A stretch of DNA of 62,472 bases, taken from positions 1 through 62,472 of the forward strand of contig JBFMCN010000092.1 of NCBI GenBank assembly GCA_040754475.1, read 5' to 3'. The position numbers and the translations under genes are program-made. Positions 27,457-37,029 of this stretch are shown here, one piece after another. Source of the stretch: Actinomycetota bacterium. GTDB lineage: Bacteria; Actinomycetota; UBA4738; HRBIN12. Position 1 is the stretch's first letter. Each line of letters begins with the position of its first letter. Below the pieces are notes generated by a model. That model had not been told where the DNA came from, searched no databases, and was given only the letters and a program-made list of their open reading frames with translations.

Positions 27457-28266
27457 ATGGAGCAGGTGGCAGCGGTGGAAGACCGGCAGTCGGTGGTCAT
27501 CGAGGTGACCGACGCCGACTTCGTGGAGAAGGTCGTCGAGGAATCGAAACGGCGTCCCGTCGTGGTCGACTTGTGGGCGGCTTGGTGCGGCCCGTGCAGG
27601 ACGCTAGGTCCGATCCTCGAACACGTGGCGGATCAGCGAGACGGGGAATTCCTGCTCGCCAAGCTCGACGTGGACGCAAACCCTTACACGGCAAGTCAGT
27701 TCGGCGTTCAGAGCATCCCTACCGTGATCGCGTTCCGGGACGGCGTCCCCGTGGACGGCTTCGTCGGTGCGATGCCCGAGCCGATGGTGAACGAGTTCGT
27801 CGACCGCATCCTGCCCTCGGAAGCGGATCTCGTCGCCAGGGAGGCGATGCAGGAGGAGGCCGAGGGCGACGTGGCCGACGCCGAGCGCGGCTACCGGGAG
27901 GCGCTCGAGGCCGACGGGAACAACCGGGCGGCACGGCTCGGACTCGGGCGGATCCTGGCCGAACGCGGCGACCTCGACGAGGCGCGCCAGACGCTGATGC
28001 CGCTTCTGCCCGACGAAGAGGCGGAGGTGCTGCTCGCCTCCATCGAGGTGTCTTCGTGGTCGAACCTCAGAGAGCTGGGCACGCTCGCATCTGCCAAGCG
28101 GCTTGCCGCCCAAGGGAGATGGCGGGAGGCGCTAGACGGGATGCTGGGGGCGCTCCGAGACGATCCCGACGCGCGGCAGGCGATGCTCGAGGTGTTCACG
28201 GTCGTCGGCGACGAGGATCCGCTGGTCGTGGAGTACCGGCGCAAGCTGGCCAACGCGTTGTTCTGA
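27457..28266 (+). CDS. Thioredoxin-domain protein with C-terminal TPR-like domain (YbbN/CnoX-like)
   Basis: WCGPC active site in an N-terminal thioredoxin fold, followed by a helical repeat C-terminal half. Confidence 0.85.
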   Translation: MEQVAAVEDRQSVVIEVTDADFVEKVVEESKRRPVVVDLWAAWCGPCRTLGPILEHVADQRDGEFLLAKLDVDANPYTASQFGVQSIPTVIAFRDGVPVDGFVGAMPEPMVNEFVDRILPSEADLVAREAMQEEAEGDVADAERGYREALEADGNNRAARLGLGRILAERGDLDEARQTLMPLLPDEEAEVLLASIEVSSWSNLRELGTLASAKRLAAQGRWREALDGMLGALRDDPDARQAMLEVFTVVGDEDPLVVEYRRKLANALF

Positions 28267-28276
28267 GCGGAACGGG

Positions 28277-29047
28277 CTACGTCCGCTCGCACCAGAGCAC
28301 GTCGGTCCGGTACGGGAATCCGAATCTCTCGCGCCCGGCCAGCTCTGGGTGCCTACGTGTGAGCTTCACCACCTGTTCCTGAACGCGGTCGCGACCTGAT
28401 TCCTCGAGGGCCGCGATGAAGCTCGTGGAGAGCACGCGATCGACGAGCCCTTCTGGGGTCGTCTCGTGTGCATGGGGGAAGCTCCGCTCCTTCATCTCGC
28501 CGAACAGATCCGTTCGATCGAAAGCGGCTCGCCACACGCCGGACCGGTGCCGTGGGGTATCGCCTGCATACGGATCCAGGATGTCCGTGAGTCGTGCGAC
28601 CCAATCGACGGACTCGTCGCGAACGTTCCAGACGAGCCCGAGGCCCCGACCCGGACGCAGCACGCGGTGGATCTCGCGGAGCGCGAGTTCGCCGTCGAAC
28701 CAGTGAAAGGCCTGAGCGACTGTGACCGCGTCGGCCGACGCGTCGCCGAGCGGGATGGCCTCGGCCGTCCCTCTGAGCGTCCGGATCGCCGGAATGCGTG
28801 CCTGGAGCCGGTCGCGCATCTCATCCACGGGCTCCACGGTCACGAGCTCCGCGCCGGTCGAGACGAGAAGCTCCGTGAGCTTTCCCGTTCCGGCCGCGAG
28901 GTCGAGGACGGTGTCGGAGGGACCGATCCCCAGAACCCGGATCAGGTGGGCGACGGCGTCGGCCGGGTATCCGGGCCTGCCCCGCTCGTACGCTCCTGCC
29001 GCCGACCCGAACCCTGCGTCGGCAGCCGGGTGGATCGCGTTCGTCAC
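28277..29047 (-). CDS. Class I SAM-dependent methyltransferase
   Basis: GTG 29047 overlaps the lipB stop (GTGA). SAM motif VLDLAAGTGKLT; Methyltransf_11-like. The longer 435-aa ORF is an Arg-rich extension over lipB. Confidence 0.8.
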   Translation of the reverse strand: MTNAIHPAADAGFGSAAGAYERGRPGYPADAVAHLIRVLGIGPSDTVLDLAAGTGKLTELLVSTGAELVTVEPVDEMRDRLQARIPAIRTLRGTAEAIPLGDASADAVTVAQAFHWFDGELALREIHRVLRPGRGLGLVWNVRDESVDWVARLTDILDPYAGDTPRHRSGVWRAAFDRTDLFGEMKERSFPHAHETTPEGLVDRVLSTSFIAALEESGRDRVQEQVVKLTRRHPELAGRERFGFPYRTDVLWCERT

Positions 29048-29742
29048 GACGGGACCGGGGCCGGCGCGAATCGTTCGGCTTCGGCGGCGTTCGGGTGGAG
29101 CTCGACGTCGAACACCCTCTCGAAGTGACGCAGGATCGGCAGCGTCACCTGAGCCACGGTCACCTCGCGCCCGGCGAGCTGCGAGAGCGACGCGACTCGC
29201 TCGTTCGGCAGACCGCACGGCACGATCCCATCGAACCACGACAGCTCGGTCATACAGTTGAGCGCGAAGCCGTGGAGGGTGACCCGAGCCCGCATCAGCC
29301 GAACACCGATCGCGCACACCTTGCTTCCGCCCGACCACACGCCGGTCTGCACGTCGCTCCGCGCCAGCTCGACGCCGATGTCCGCGGCCGCCCGGATCAC
29401 GACCTCTTCGAGGCGCCGGACGTATCCGAGGGCGTCGGGCTTGACGCCGAGGTCCACGATCGGGTACCCGACGAGCTGCCCGGGGCCGTGAAACGTGAGC
29501 GAGCCGCCGCGGTCGATGTAGCGGAGCTCGGCGCCGGCATTCCGGATACGGTCCTCGCTCCAGACGATGTGCTCTGGCTTCCACCGGCGCCCCGCCGTGT
29601 AGACGGGCGGGTGCTCAAGAAGGATCAGCGAGTCGGGGACCTCGCCGGCGAGGCGCCGTTCGGCGAGATCGTGCATCGCCGCGTTCGCTTCGTCGTAGGG
29701 CACGAGTCCCGGCGGACGGATCAGCCAGCCTGTGCGCGCCAT
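29044..29742 (-). CDS. lipB: Lipoyl(octanoyl) transferase
   Basis: 232 aa. LLEHPPVYTAGRR, and KVCAIGVRL with the catalytic Cys. Confidence 0.9.
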   Translation of the reverse strand: MARTGWLIRPPGLVPYDEANAAMHDLAERRLAGEVPDSLILLEHPPVYTAGRRWKPEHIVWSEDRIRNAGAELRYIDRGGSLTFHGPGQLVGYPIVDLGVKPDALGYVRRLEEVVIRAAADIGVELARSDVQTGVWSGGSKVCAIGVRLMRARVTLHGFALNCMTELSWFDGIVPCGLPNERVASLSQLAGREVTVAQVTLPILRHFERVFDVELHPNAAEAERFAPAPVPS

Positions 29743-29746
29743 CTCT

Positions 29747-31105
29747 CTACAGCCCGAGCTCCACGGCGAAGTCCCACGTCTCCAGGTTCTGCTTCACGCG
29801 AACGAGAAACTGCGAGGCGAGCGCACCGTCGGTCACGCGGTGGTCCCACGACAGCGAGAGGTAGACCATGTGCCGGATCGCGATGGCGTCGTCGACGACG
29901 ACCGGCCGCTTCTCGACGGTGTCGAACGCCAGGATCGCGGTCTCTGGCTGATTGATGATCGGAACCGAGATCAGCGATCCGAAGGGTCCCGGGTTCGTGA
30001 TCGTGAACGTTCCGCCGTGAACCTCGTCGGGCTTCAGCTTCTTCGCCCGAGCGCGGGTCGCGACGTCGTTGATAGCCCTCGCCAGGCCCACGAGGTTCAT
30101 CGACTCGGCGCCCTTGACCGCGGGGACGATCAGCCCGTCCTCGTAGGAGACGGCGATGCCGAGGTTGACGTAGTGCTTGAGGACGATCTGGTCGCCCCGC
30201 ATCTCCGCGTTCACCATCGGGTAGGCGAGGAGTGCGTCGGTCACCGCCCGCGAGACGAACGGCATGTACGTGAGGTTGAAGCCCTCTCGCGCCTTGAAGG
30301 CCTCCTTGGCACGCTCGCGGAGACGGGCGACGCTCTCCATGTCGACCTCGACGGCGTTCCACGCTCGGGCCGAGACCTGGAGGCTCCGCGTCATGTGCTC
30401 GGCTATCAGCTTGCGGATGTGCGAGACGGGAACGACCTCCTCGCCCGCTCCAACAGCAGCCGGAGTGGGAGGAGCGACCGGAGCAGGAGCCGCGGGCGCC
30501 GGGGCCACCGCAGGGGTGGGGGCCGCCGCCAGTGGAGCGGCCCCGGGGGCAGCTTGCGCCCGCGATGCCACGAAGGCGAGAACGTCGGTCTTCGTGATGC
30601 GCCCACCGGTTCCGCTTCCGACGATCTGCGAGAGGTCGACGTCGTTCTCCTCCGCTAGGCGCCGGACGAGTGGGGATAGGACCCTGGACCGCGGCCCCCG
30701 ATCCGGCAGCGTCGCTGCAGCAGGGGCTGCGACGACGGAGGCCGGCGCGGAGCCGGGCCCTGCGCCACGGGTGGTTTCTGCCTCAGCGGGACCTATCACG
30801 GGACCTGACGCAGCGGGCTGCGCAGATTCCGGCTGAGAGCCGGCCTCCGTCGATCCCCCTGCTCCGGCCCCGACCTCCTCGATCTCGGCCAGGGGCGTGT
30901 TCACGGCGACCGTCTGGCCCTCGGGCACGAGGATCTTCTTCAGGACACCCGCGGCGGGGGATGGAACCTCGGTGTCGACCTTGTCGGTGGAGATCTCGAA
31001 CAATGGCTCGTCGAGGGCGACGATGTCTCCCTCCTTCTTGAGCCAGCTCAGGATCGTGCCCTCGACGACGGTCTCGCCGAGCTGAGGCATGCTCACGGTC
31101 GTCAT
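29747..31105 (-). CDS. Dihydrolipoamide acyltransferase (E2) with one lipoyl domain, PSBD and catalytic domain
   Basis: Lipoyl-Lys motif EISTDKVDTEV, PSBD SPLVRRLAEENDVDLSQIVGSGTGGRITKTDV, catalytic DHRVTDGA. Confidence 0.92.
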   Translation of the reverse strand: MTTVSMPQLGETVVEGTILSWLKKEGDIVALDEPLFEISTDKVDTEVPSPAAGVLKKILVPEGQTVAVNTPLAEIEEVGAGAGGSTEAGSQPESAQPAASGPVIGPAEAETTRGAGPGSAPASVVAAPAAATLPDRGPRSRVLSPLVRRLAEENDVDLSQIVGSGTGGRITKTDVLAFVASRAQAAPGAAPLAAAPTPAVAPAPAAPAPVAPPTPAAVGAGEEVVPVSHIRKLIAEHMTRSLQVSARAWNAVEVDMESVARLRERAKEAFKAREGFNLTYMPFVSRAVTDALLAYPMVNAEMRGDQIVLKHYVNLGIAVSYEDGLIVPAVKGAESMNLVGLARAINDVATRARAKKLKPDEVHGGTFTITNPGPFGSLISVPIINQPETAILAFDTVEKRPVVVDDAIAIRHMVYLSLSWDHRVTDGALASQFLVRVKQNLETWDFAVELGL

Positions 31106-31118
31106 GGCCCCTCCTGGG

Positions 31119-32165
31119 TCACCACGCGGACAGCTTCTCGACGGCCGCCTCTATGTCGGCCACCTGCGGAAGATACGCATCCTCCAGCACCGGGGAGAAC
31201 GGTACCGGCACGTTGGGCGGAGCGAGACGCGTCACCGGGGCGTCGAGGTGCTCGAACCCTTCCTCAGCGATCATCGCTCCGACTTCGGAGCCTACCCCGA
31301 GGAACCGATGGCTTTCGTACACGACGAGCGCGCGGCTGGTCTTCTCGACCGACCGAAGGATGGTCTCGTTGTCCAGAGGCGTGATGGTGCGAACGTCCAC
31401 GACCTCGGCCGAGATGCCCTTGTGGGCAAGGTTGTCGGCCGCCTCGAGCGCGTTGTGGACCATCATGCCGTAGGTGACGATCGACACGTCGGTGCCCTCG
31501 CGCTGCACCTTCGCGCTGCCGATCGGCACGAGGAATTCGGGACCTTCGGGGACGGCCTCCTTGATCCGCCGGTAGATCCACTTGTGCTCGAGGAACACGC
31601 ACGGGTTGTCGTCGCGGATCGCCGACTTCAGCAGCCCCTTGGCGTCCGAGGGGAACGCCGGGCACATCACCTTCAGGCCGGGTGTGTGCGCGAACCACGG
31701 CTCGGGGTTGAACGAGTGGAAGCTCGAGGCCCGCACCCCGCCGCCCGACGGCCCGCGGAGGACGACCGGGGTGGGCACCCCGCTCCGGTAGTGGTACCGG
31801 GCGAGAGCGGTGGTGATCTCGTCGAATCCGGAGGACATGAAGTCGGCGTACTGGAACTCCGCGACCGGCCGGAATCCCTCCATCGCGGCTCCGAGCGCCA
31901 ATCCGACGATCGTCTCCTCGGCGATCGGAGTGTCCATCACCCGATCCGGGCCGAAACGCTCGATGAAGCCCTCGGTCACCTTGAACGCGCCTCCGTACAC
32001 CCCGATGTCCTGGCCGAGCAGGAACACGCGGTCGTCGCGCTCCATCTCCTCCCACAGGGCCTCGGCGATCGCGACGAGGTATGTGGCCTGCCCATCCTCG
32101 GTGCGCTTCCCCCGCGGCTCGGCTCCGTGACCGGCGGCGGCCGCCTCGGCCTGGGCCTGCGCCAT
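31119..32165 (-). CDS. 2-oxoacid dehydrogenase E1 component, beta subunit (set 2)
   Basis: 348 aa from MAQAQAEAAAAG (ATG 32165; ATGA overlap with the alpha stop). The rest of the 582-aa ORF is an out-of-context extension. Confidence 0.9.
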   Translation of the reverse strand: MAQAQAEAAAAGHGAEPRGKRTEDGQATYLVAIAEALWEEMERDDRVFLLGQDIGVYGGAFKVTEGFIERFGPDRVMDTPIAEETIVGLALGAAMEGFRPVAEFQYADFMSSGFDEITTALARYHYRSGVPTPVVLRGPSGGGVRASSFHSFNPEPWFAHTPGLKVMCPAFPSDAKGLLKSAIRDDNPCVFLEHKWIYRRIKEAVPEGPEFLVPIGSAKVQREGTDVSIVTYGMMVHNALEAADNLAHKGISAEVVDVRTITPLDNETILRSVEKTSRALVVYESHRFLGVGSEVGAMIAEEGFEHLDAPVTRLAPPNVPVPFSPVLEDAYLPQVADIEAAVEKLSAW

Positions 32166-33229
32166 CAGCCGGTCCCCCCTTCGCGAGACGGCTCCGCCGC
32201 CCAGTACCCGTCGTCCGTGTAGAGGCCCTTCGTCACGTCTTCGGGGACGGGGAACGGCGAGGACTGCGCGAACCGGTAGCCCTCGTCGAACTCGCTCTCG
32301 ACTTGCCCCCGGACTCGCTCGACCCCCTCCTCGTCGAGGACCCCCTGGGAGACGAGGAGGCGCTCGAATCGCTTGACCGGGTCCTTGTGAACCGTGTGGT
32401 CGTCCAGGAGTTCCTTCGGGACGTACTTCGCCGGATCGTGTCCCGCGTGGCCGCGCCAACGAAGGGAGACGCTTTCGACGAGCGTGGGCCCGCCGCCCTC
32501 CCGCGCCCGCTCCACGGCCTCGTGCGCGACCCGATAGACGTCGAGCACGTCCTTCGCGTCGACGCGGACGCCGGGCATGCCGTAGGCGACGGCGCGCTCG
32601 GCGATCGTCGGGACGTGGAACTCGAGCGGATTCGGCGTCGAGTACGCGTACTGGTTGTTGTTCACCACCCACACGACCGGGAGCTGGTGGATCGCCGACA
32701 CGTTCAACGCCTCGTGCCACCGGCCGTTCGACGTCGAGCCGTCCCCGCAGATCGCCATCGCCACACGAGGCTCGCCGCGTCGCTTGTACGCGAGTGCTGC
32801 GCCGCAGGCCACGGGGTAAGCGATCGGCAGATGCGACATGACCGTCCATGTACGGCTGCCCGCCCAATCCCCGATGTGGCTGTTGCCGTCACGCCCGCGC
32901 GTATAGCCGTCGATCCGACCCCAGAACTGCGCCATCACTCGCTTGAGGTCGAGGCCCTTCGTCAGCTGCGCGGACAGGTCGCGGTGGGTAGGGAACAGCG
33001 AGTCGTCCTTGCGGAGCGCGTAGGCGACGCCGACGTGAGTGCCCTCCTGGCCCCGGCCGGAGTAGATCGCTCCGGGGAGGCGGCCTTGCCGATAGAGCGC
33101 TTCCATACGCTCATCGAAGTAGCGGCAGAGCTTGAGCAGGTGAAGGACCTCCTTCAGCTGGTCGTCCGACAGCCCGGCACGCCAGTCGGCCTCGGCTGTG
33201 CGCTGCTGCTCGGAGATGCTGGTCGCCAC
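32165..33229 (-). CDS. 2-oxoacid dehydrogenase E1 component, alpha subunit (set 2)
   Basis: 354 aa. TPP motif GDGSTSNGRWHEALNVS...VVNNNQYAYS. Confidence 0.9.
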   Translation of the reverse strand: MATSISEQQRTAEADWRAGLSDDQLKEVLHLLKLCRYFDERMEALYRQGRLPGAIYSGRGQEGTHVGVAYALRKDDSLFPTHRDLSAQLTKGLDLKRVMAQFWGRIDGYTRGRDGNSHIGDWAGSRTWTVMSHLPIAYPVACGAALAYKRRGEPRVAMAICGDGSTSNGRWHEALNVSAIHQLPVVWVVNNNQYAYSTPNPLEFHVPTIAERAVAYGMPGVRVDAKDVLDVYRVAHEAVERAREGGGPTLVESVSLRWRGHAGHDPAKYVPKELLDDHTVHKDPVKRFERLLVSQGVLDEEGVERVRGQVESEFDEGYRFAQSSPFPVPEDVTKGLYTDDGYWAAEPSREGGTG

Positions 33230-33241
33230 TCGTTCTCCTTG

Positions 33242-34630
33242 CTAGGTGTGGAGAGGCTTTCCGGCGAGAGCCAGGTGTGCCTCGCCGATCCCCTCGGACA
33301 GGGTGGGATGGGGGTGTATGAGAGCGGCGACCTCCGCCGGCACCGCTTCCCAGTTCGTGATGAGCATGGCTTCGGAGATGAGGTCGGTGACATGAGGCCC
33401 GACCATATGGACCCCGAGGACCGGACCGCCCTTCTCGGCCACGAGTTTCACGATGCCGCCCTCGCCGACGATGTTGGCCTTGCCAACGGCCTGGAAGTTC
33501 AGCTTCTCGGTCTCGACCTTGTGCCCGCGCTCCACGGCCTGCGCCTCGGTGAGCCCGACAGACGCGATCTCGGGCGTGCAGTAGGTGACGCGGGGGATTC
33601 CGTCGTAGTCGATGTCGGGGACGTCGATGCCGCCGATCCGCTCGGCCACGGCCATGGCTTCGGCAAACGCGACGTGCGCGAGCTGCAGCGGCGTGGCCGC
33701 CACGTCGCCCACGGCCCACACGTGGGGGACCGAGGTCCTGAGCTGTCCGTCGGTCTTCACGAAGCTCCTGTCCAGGTCGACGCCCGCCTCCGCCAGTCCT
33801 AGACCCTCGGTGACGGGTCCTCGGCCCACGGCCACGAGACACACCTCGGCGGTGACGGTCTTCGTCTGCCCGGCCACCTCGAACACCACCTTGACACCCT
33901 CGTCCACCTCGTCCACGCCCTGGACCTCGGCGTCCGCGTGCGCCTCGATCCCGCGCCTGCGGAACGCCCGGCCGACCTCCTTGGACACGTCCTCGTCCTC
34001 GAGCGGGGCGATCCGCGGCAGGGCCTCGAGCAGGGTGACTTCCGCGCCGAACGAGCGGTACAGGGACGCGAACTCGAGTCCCACTGCGCCGGCCCCGATC
34101 ACGACGGCCGAGGATGGGACCGTCGGGTACCAGAGGGCCTGGTCGCTCGTGATGATCCGATCGGTGATCGAAAGGCCCGGGAGCAGCTTCGGCGCCGACC
34201 CCGTGGCGAGGACCACGTCGCTGGCCGCAAGCGTTCGCCCTCCGACGTCGACGGCCGGCCCCGGGGCGACGAGGTTGCCCGTTCCCTGGACCACATCGAT
34301 CTTCCGCGCCTCGACCAGGCCGGTCACGCCCGACACCAGCTTGTCGACCGCCTTGGTCTCGAACGCCTTGACCGCTTCCCAATCCAGCTCGCCGGTGGCC
34401 TTGACACCCCATTCCTCGGAACGGCGAACGGTGTCGAGCACGGCTGCGGACTGGAGGAGGGCCTTCGTCGGGATGCACCCTCGGAGCAGACAGGTCCCGC
34501 CGAGACGTTCGTCGCGTTCGACGAGGGTGACGCGCTTGCCGAGTTGCGCGGCTCGTAGGGCGCAGGCGTATCCGCCCGTGCCCGCTCCGATCACGACTAC
34601 GTCGTACTCATCGGACATCCGAACGGCCAT
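33242..34630 (-). CDS. lpdA: Dihydrolipoyl dehydrogenase (E3)
   Basis: FAD motif VVVIGAGTGGY and redox disulfide GGTCLLRGCIPTK. The start is ATG 34630 or 34618. Confidence 0.9.
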   Translation of the reverse strand: MAVRMSDEYDVVVIGAGTGGYACALRAAQLGKRVTLVERDERLGGTCLLRGCIPTKALLQSAAVLDTVRRSEEWGVKATGELDWEAVKAFETKAVDKLVSGVTGLVEARKIDVVQGTGNLVAPGPAVDVGGRTLAASDVVLATGSAPKLLPGLSITDRIITSDQALWYPTVPSSAVVIGAGAVGLEFASLYRSFGAEVTLLEALPRIAPLEDEDVSKEVGRAFRRRGIEAHADAEVQGVDEVDEGVKVVFEVAGQTKTVTAEVCLVAVGRGPVTEGLGLAEAGVDLDRSFVKTDGQLRTSVPHVWAVGDVAATPLQLAHVAFAEAMAVAERIGGIDVPDIDYDGIPRVTYCTPEIASVGLTEAQAVERGHKVETEKLNFQAVGKANIVGEGGIVKLVAEKGGPVLGVHMVGPHVTDLISEAMLITNWEAVPAEVAALIHPHPTLSEGIGEAHLALAGKPLHT

Positions 34631-34763
34631 GTTACCGCCGTCCTCGGTTATGAAGGACGAGTAGGAGCGGCTCTGACCTGCGGCGCACCGCGTTCGCGCC
34701 ACGCCTCACCGCTTTCGCGCCACGCCGTGCCGTTCCCGGGCCCCATGTGTCTCCGGCCCGGAG

Positions 34764-34769
34764 TAGAAT
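34764..34769 (+). promoter_or_regulatory. -10-like hexamer TAGAAT upstream of the cobalamin riboswitch
   Basis: The only AT-rich TANNNT hexamer in the lpd/btuF divergent spacer. Position fits a transcript starting just before the riboswitch. Confidence 0.3.
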
Positions 34770-34789
34770 CCGCCGCAACTGAACAGGTT

Positions 34790-34995
34790 CGGCTCTCGAG
34801 GTGATCTCGGCCGGCGGTTCCGGCCGAGGTCGTAGCGGGGCGGGCCATCCCGCACCGCCAAGAGGGAAGCCGGTGGGAGTCCGGCGCGGTCGCGCCACTG
34901 TGACCGGGGAGCGAACCCGACGTAGCCACTGGGGAGTCATCCCGGGAAGGGTCGGGGGAGCGGCGATCCGGGAGTCAGGAGACCTGCCCCGAGGG
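34790..34995 (+). promoter_or_regulatory. Cobalamin (B12) riboswitch
   Basis: Conserved core AGAGGGAAGCCGGTGGGAGTCCGGCGCGGTCGCGCCACTGTGA, GCCACTGG...GGGAAGG, and B12 box AGTCAGGAGACCTGCC (34973..34988). Ends about 40 nt before the btuF-like start. Confidence 0.88.
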
Positions 34996-35032
34996 CGAGC
35001 GACGGTCGTCCTTCGCACGAAAGGAGACGCGC

Positions 35033-35992
35033 ATGCGCCCACACCGACCCCTGTTGGGGGCGGCTCTCGTCCTCTCGGTTTCGCTCGTTCTTCACGGATG
35101 CGTGTGGTCGTCGACCACCTCCGACCGTGGCGCACGGTCCCCGGAGGCGTCGTTGCCCTCCGCGTTCCCAGTCACGATGTCCGACGACGACGGCGTTCGG
35201 GTGAGGATCGACGCGCCGCCTCGACGGATCGTGACGTTCGCCCCGTCGGCCACAGAGATCGTCTTCGCTCTCGGCATCGGTGATCGTCTCGTGGGAGTGT
35301 CGGGCGCGTACGACGACTACCCGCCCGCGGCCACGCGCATCCCGGAGGTCGGAGGCGCTGGCGATTTCGGCGTCGAGCCGAACGTGGAGAAGGTCGTCTC
35401 GCTCCGGCCCGATCTCTTCCTGACGATCGAGGGTGGCGACCAGTGGAAGGAGCGGCTCCGTGAGCTCGGGATCCCCGTGTTCACGATCGACTCCGTGAGT
35501 CTGGAAGACACCCTCCACGACATCGAGACCGTCGGTCGCCTGACCGGCACGACCGAGGCCGCCGAGCGGCTCGTCGCGAGCATGCAGACCGAGTATCGAC
35601 GTATCGAGGCGGAGATCGCCGGCGAGGCGCGGGTCTCGTGCTTCTTCGAGGTCTTCTACCCGCCGCTCACAACCGTCGGCCCCGACACGTTCATCGCCGA
35701 CGTGCTTCGACGGGCCGGTTGCGACTTGGTCTCGGCAGACGCCAGGAGCGACTACCCGGCCTGGTCCGTCGACGATCTCGTCCGGGAGGACCCCGAGGTG
35801 TATCTCGTGTCCTCGGAGTCGGGCACGAGCACGGCGGCTGTGGGCGACCGGCCGGGGTTCGGGGCCGTCGCCGCCGTGTCACGAGGCGACGTTGCGCTCG
35901 TCGACTCGGATCTCGTGAGCCGTCCAGGACCGCGGATCGTGGACGGCCTGCGTGAGCTGGTGGAAGCCCTGCACCCCGGCATGTTCGGATGA
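35033..35992 (+). CDS. btuF: ABC transporter periplasmic substrate-binding lipoprotein (cobalamin/Fe-siderophore type, BtuF-like)
   Basis: Lipobox LVLHGC. Peripla_BP_2-like sequence. AGGAG RBS. Preceded by the B12 riboswitch. Confidence 0.8.
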   Translation: MRPHRPLLGAALVLSVSLVLHGCVWSSTTSDRGARSPEASLPSAFPVTMSDDDGVRVRIDAPPRRIVTFAPSATEIVFALGIGDRLVGVSGAYDDYPPAATRIPEVGGAGDFGVEPNVEKVVSLRPDLFLTIEGGDQWKERLRELGIPVFTIDSVSLEDTLHDIETVGRLTGTTEAAERLVASMQTEYRRIEAEIAGEARVSCFFEVFYPPLTTVGPDTFIADVLRRAGCDLVSADARSDYPAWSVDDLVREDPEVYLVSSESGTSTAAVGDRPGFGAVAAVSRGDVALVDSDLVSRPGPRIVDGLRELVEALHPGMFG

Positions 35993-37029
35993 TCGCGTCG
36001 CGCAGGTACCGGCGGACCATGGGGGGGCTCCTCGCGGCACTCGTCGCCTCGTTCCTGCTGGCAGTCGCGGTGGGGGCCGTCTGGATCTCGCCGTGGTCGA
36101 CCATCCGGCTTGTCGCGTGGAAGCTCGGGTTCGTCCCTCGGCCGGCCGGCGTTCCGCATTCGACCGAGGTGATCTTGTTGCAGCTTCGGCTGCCTCGCGT
36201 CGTTCTGGCGGGGGTCGTGGGCGCGGCGCTGGCCGCGTCGGGCGCGGTGTTCCAGGGGCTGTTCCGGAACCCGCTCGCCGACCCGGCGATCATCGGGGTC
36301 TCGTCCGGGGCGGCGCTTGGGGCGATCGGCGTGATCGTGTTCGCGGGGTCGGGAGCCCTGGGAGCCTTCGGCGTGCCACTCGCTGCCTTCGCGGGTGCGT
36401 TGCTCACGGCGCTTCTCGTGTACCGGCTGGCGCGGATCGGACCGACGGTGCACGTCGCCACCCTCCTGCTGGCCGGGATAGCGGTCGCGGCCGTGATCTC
36501 CAGCGTCATGTCTTTGGTGATGTCGTTCTCGGGTCAGCAGGTTCGGGACATCTACGCGTGGCTGCTCGGGGGGCTCGTCGGCCAGGGTTGGAGGTCGATC
36601 GCGGCGATCGTGCCGCTGGTGGGACTCGGAGTGGGAGCCGCGGCGGTTACGGCCCACGACCTGAACCTGATGGCGCTGGGAGAGGAACGAGCCGCGCAGC
36701 TCGGTATCGATGTCGATCGGTTGAAGCGCCGGTCGATCGCCATCGGGGCGCTCCTGGCCGCCTGCGCGGTCTCGGTGGCGGGCGTTATCGGCTTCGTCGG
36801 GCTGATGACGCCGCACCTGCTGAGGCTGTTCGTCGGCGCGGACCACCGTCGGCTGCTGCCGGCGGTCCTGCTCGCGGGTCCGGTCCTCCTGATACTCGCA
36901 GACCTCGTCGCGAGGGTGGTGCTCGCTCCGCAGGAGCTTCCAGTGGGGATTGTCACGGCGCTTCTGGGTGGCCCGTTCTTCCTGTACCTGCTTCGTCGAG
37001 AGGGAAGGAGGGCGCGTGCCTACGGGTGA
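35989..37029 (+). CDS. btuC: FecCD-family ABC permease (BtuC-like)
   Basis: 346 aa, about 9-10 TM helices. Typical FecCD motifs (LPRVLLA-like LPRVVLAGVVGAALA; GxIGFVGL). Confidence 0.88.
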   Translation: MIASRRYRRTMGGLLAALVASFLLAVAVGAVWISPWSTIRLVAWKLGFVPRPAGVPHSTEVILLQLRLPRVVLAGVVGAALAASGAVFQGLFRNPLADPAIIGVSSGAALGAIGVIVFAGSGALGAFGVPLAAFAGALLTALLVYRLARIGPTVHVATLLLAGIAVAAVISSVMSLVMSFSGQQVRDIYAWLLGGLVGQGWRSIAAIVPLVGLGVGAAAVTAHDLNLMALGEERAAQLGIDVDRLKRRSIAIGALLAACAVSVAGVIGFVGLMTPHLLRLFVGADHRRLLPAVLLAGPVLLILADLVARVVLAPQELPVGIVTALLGGPFFLYLLRREGRRARAYG

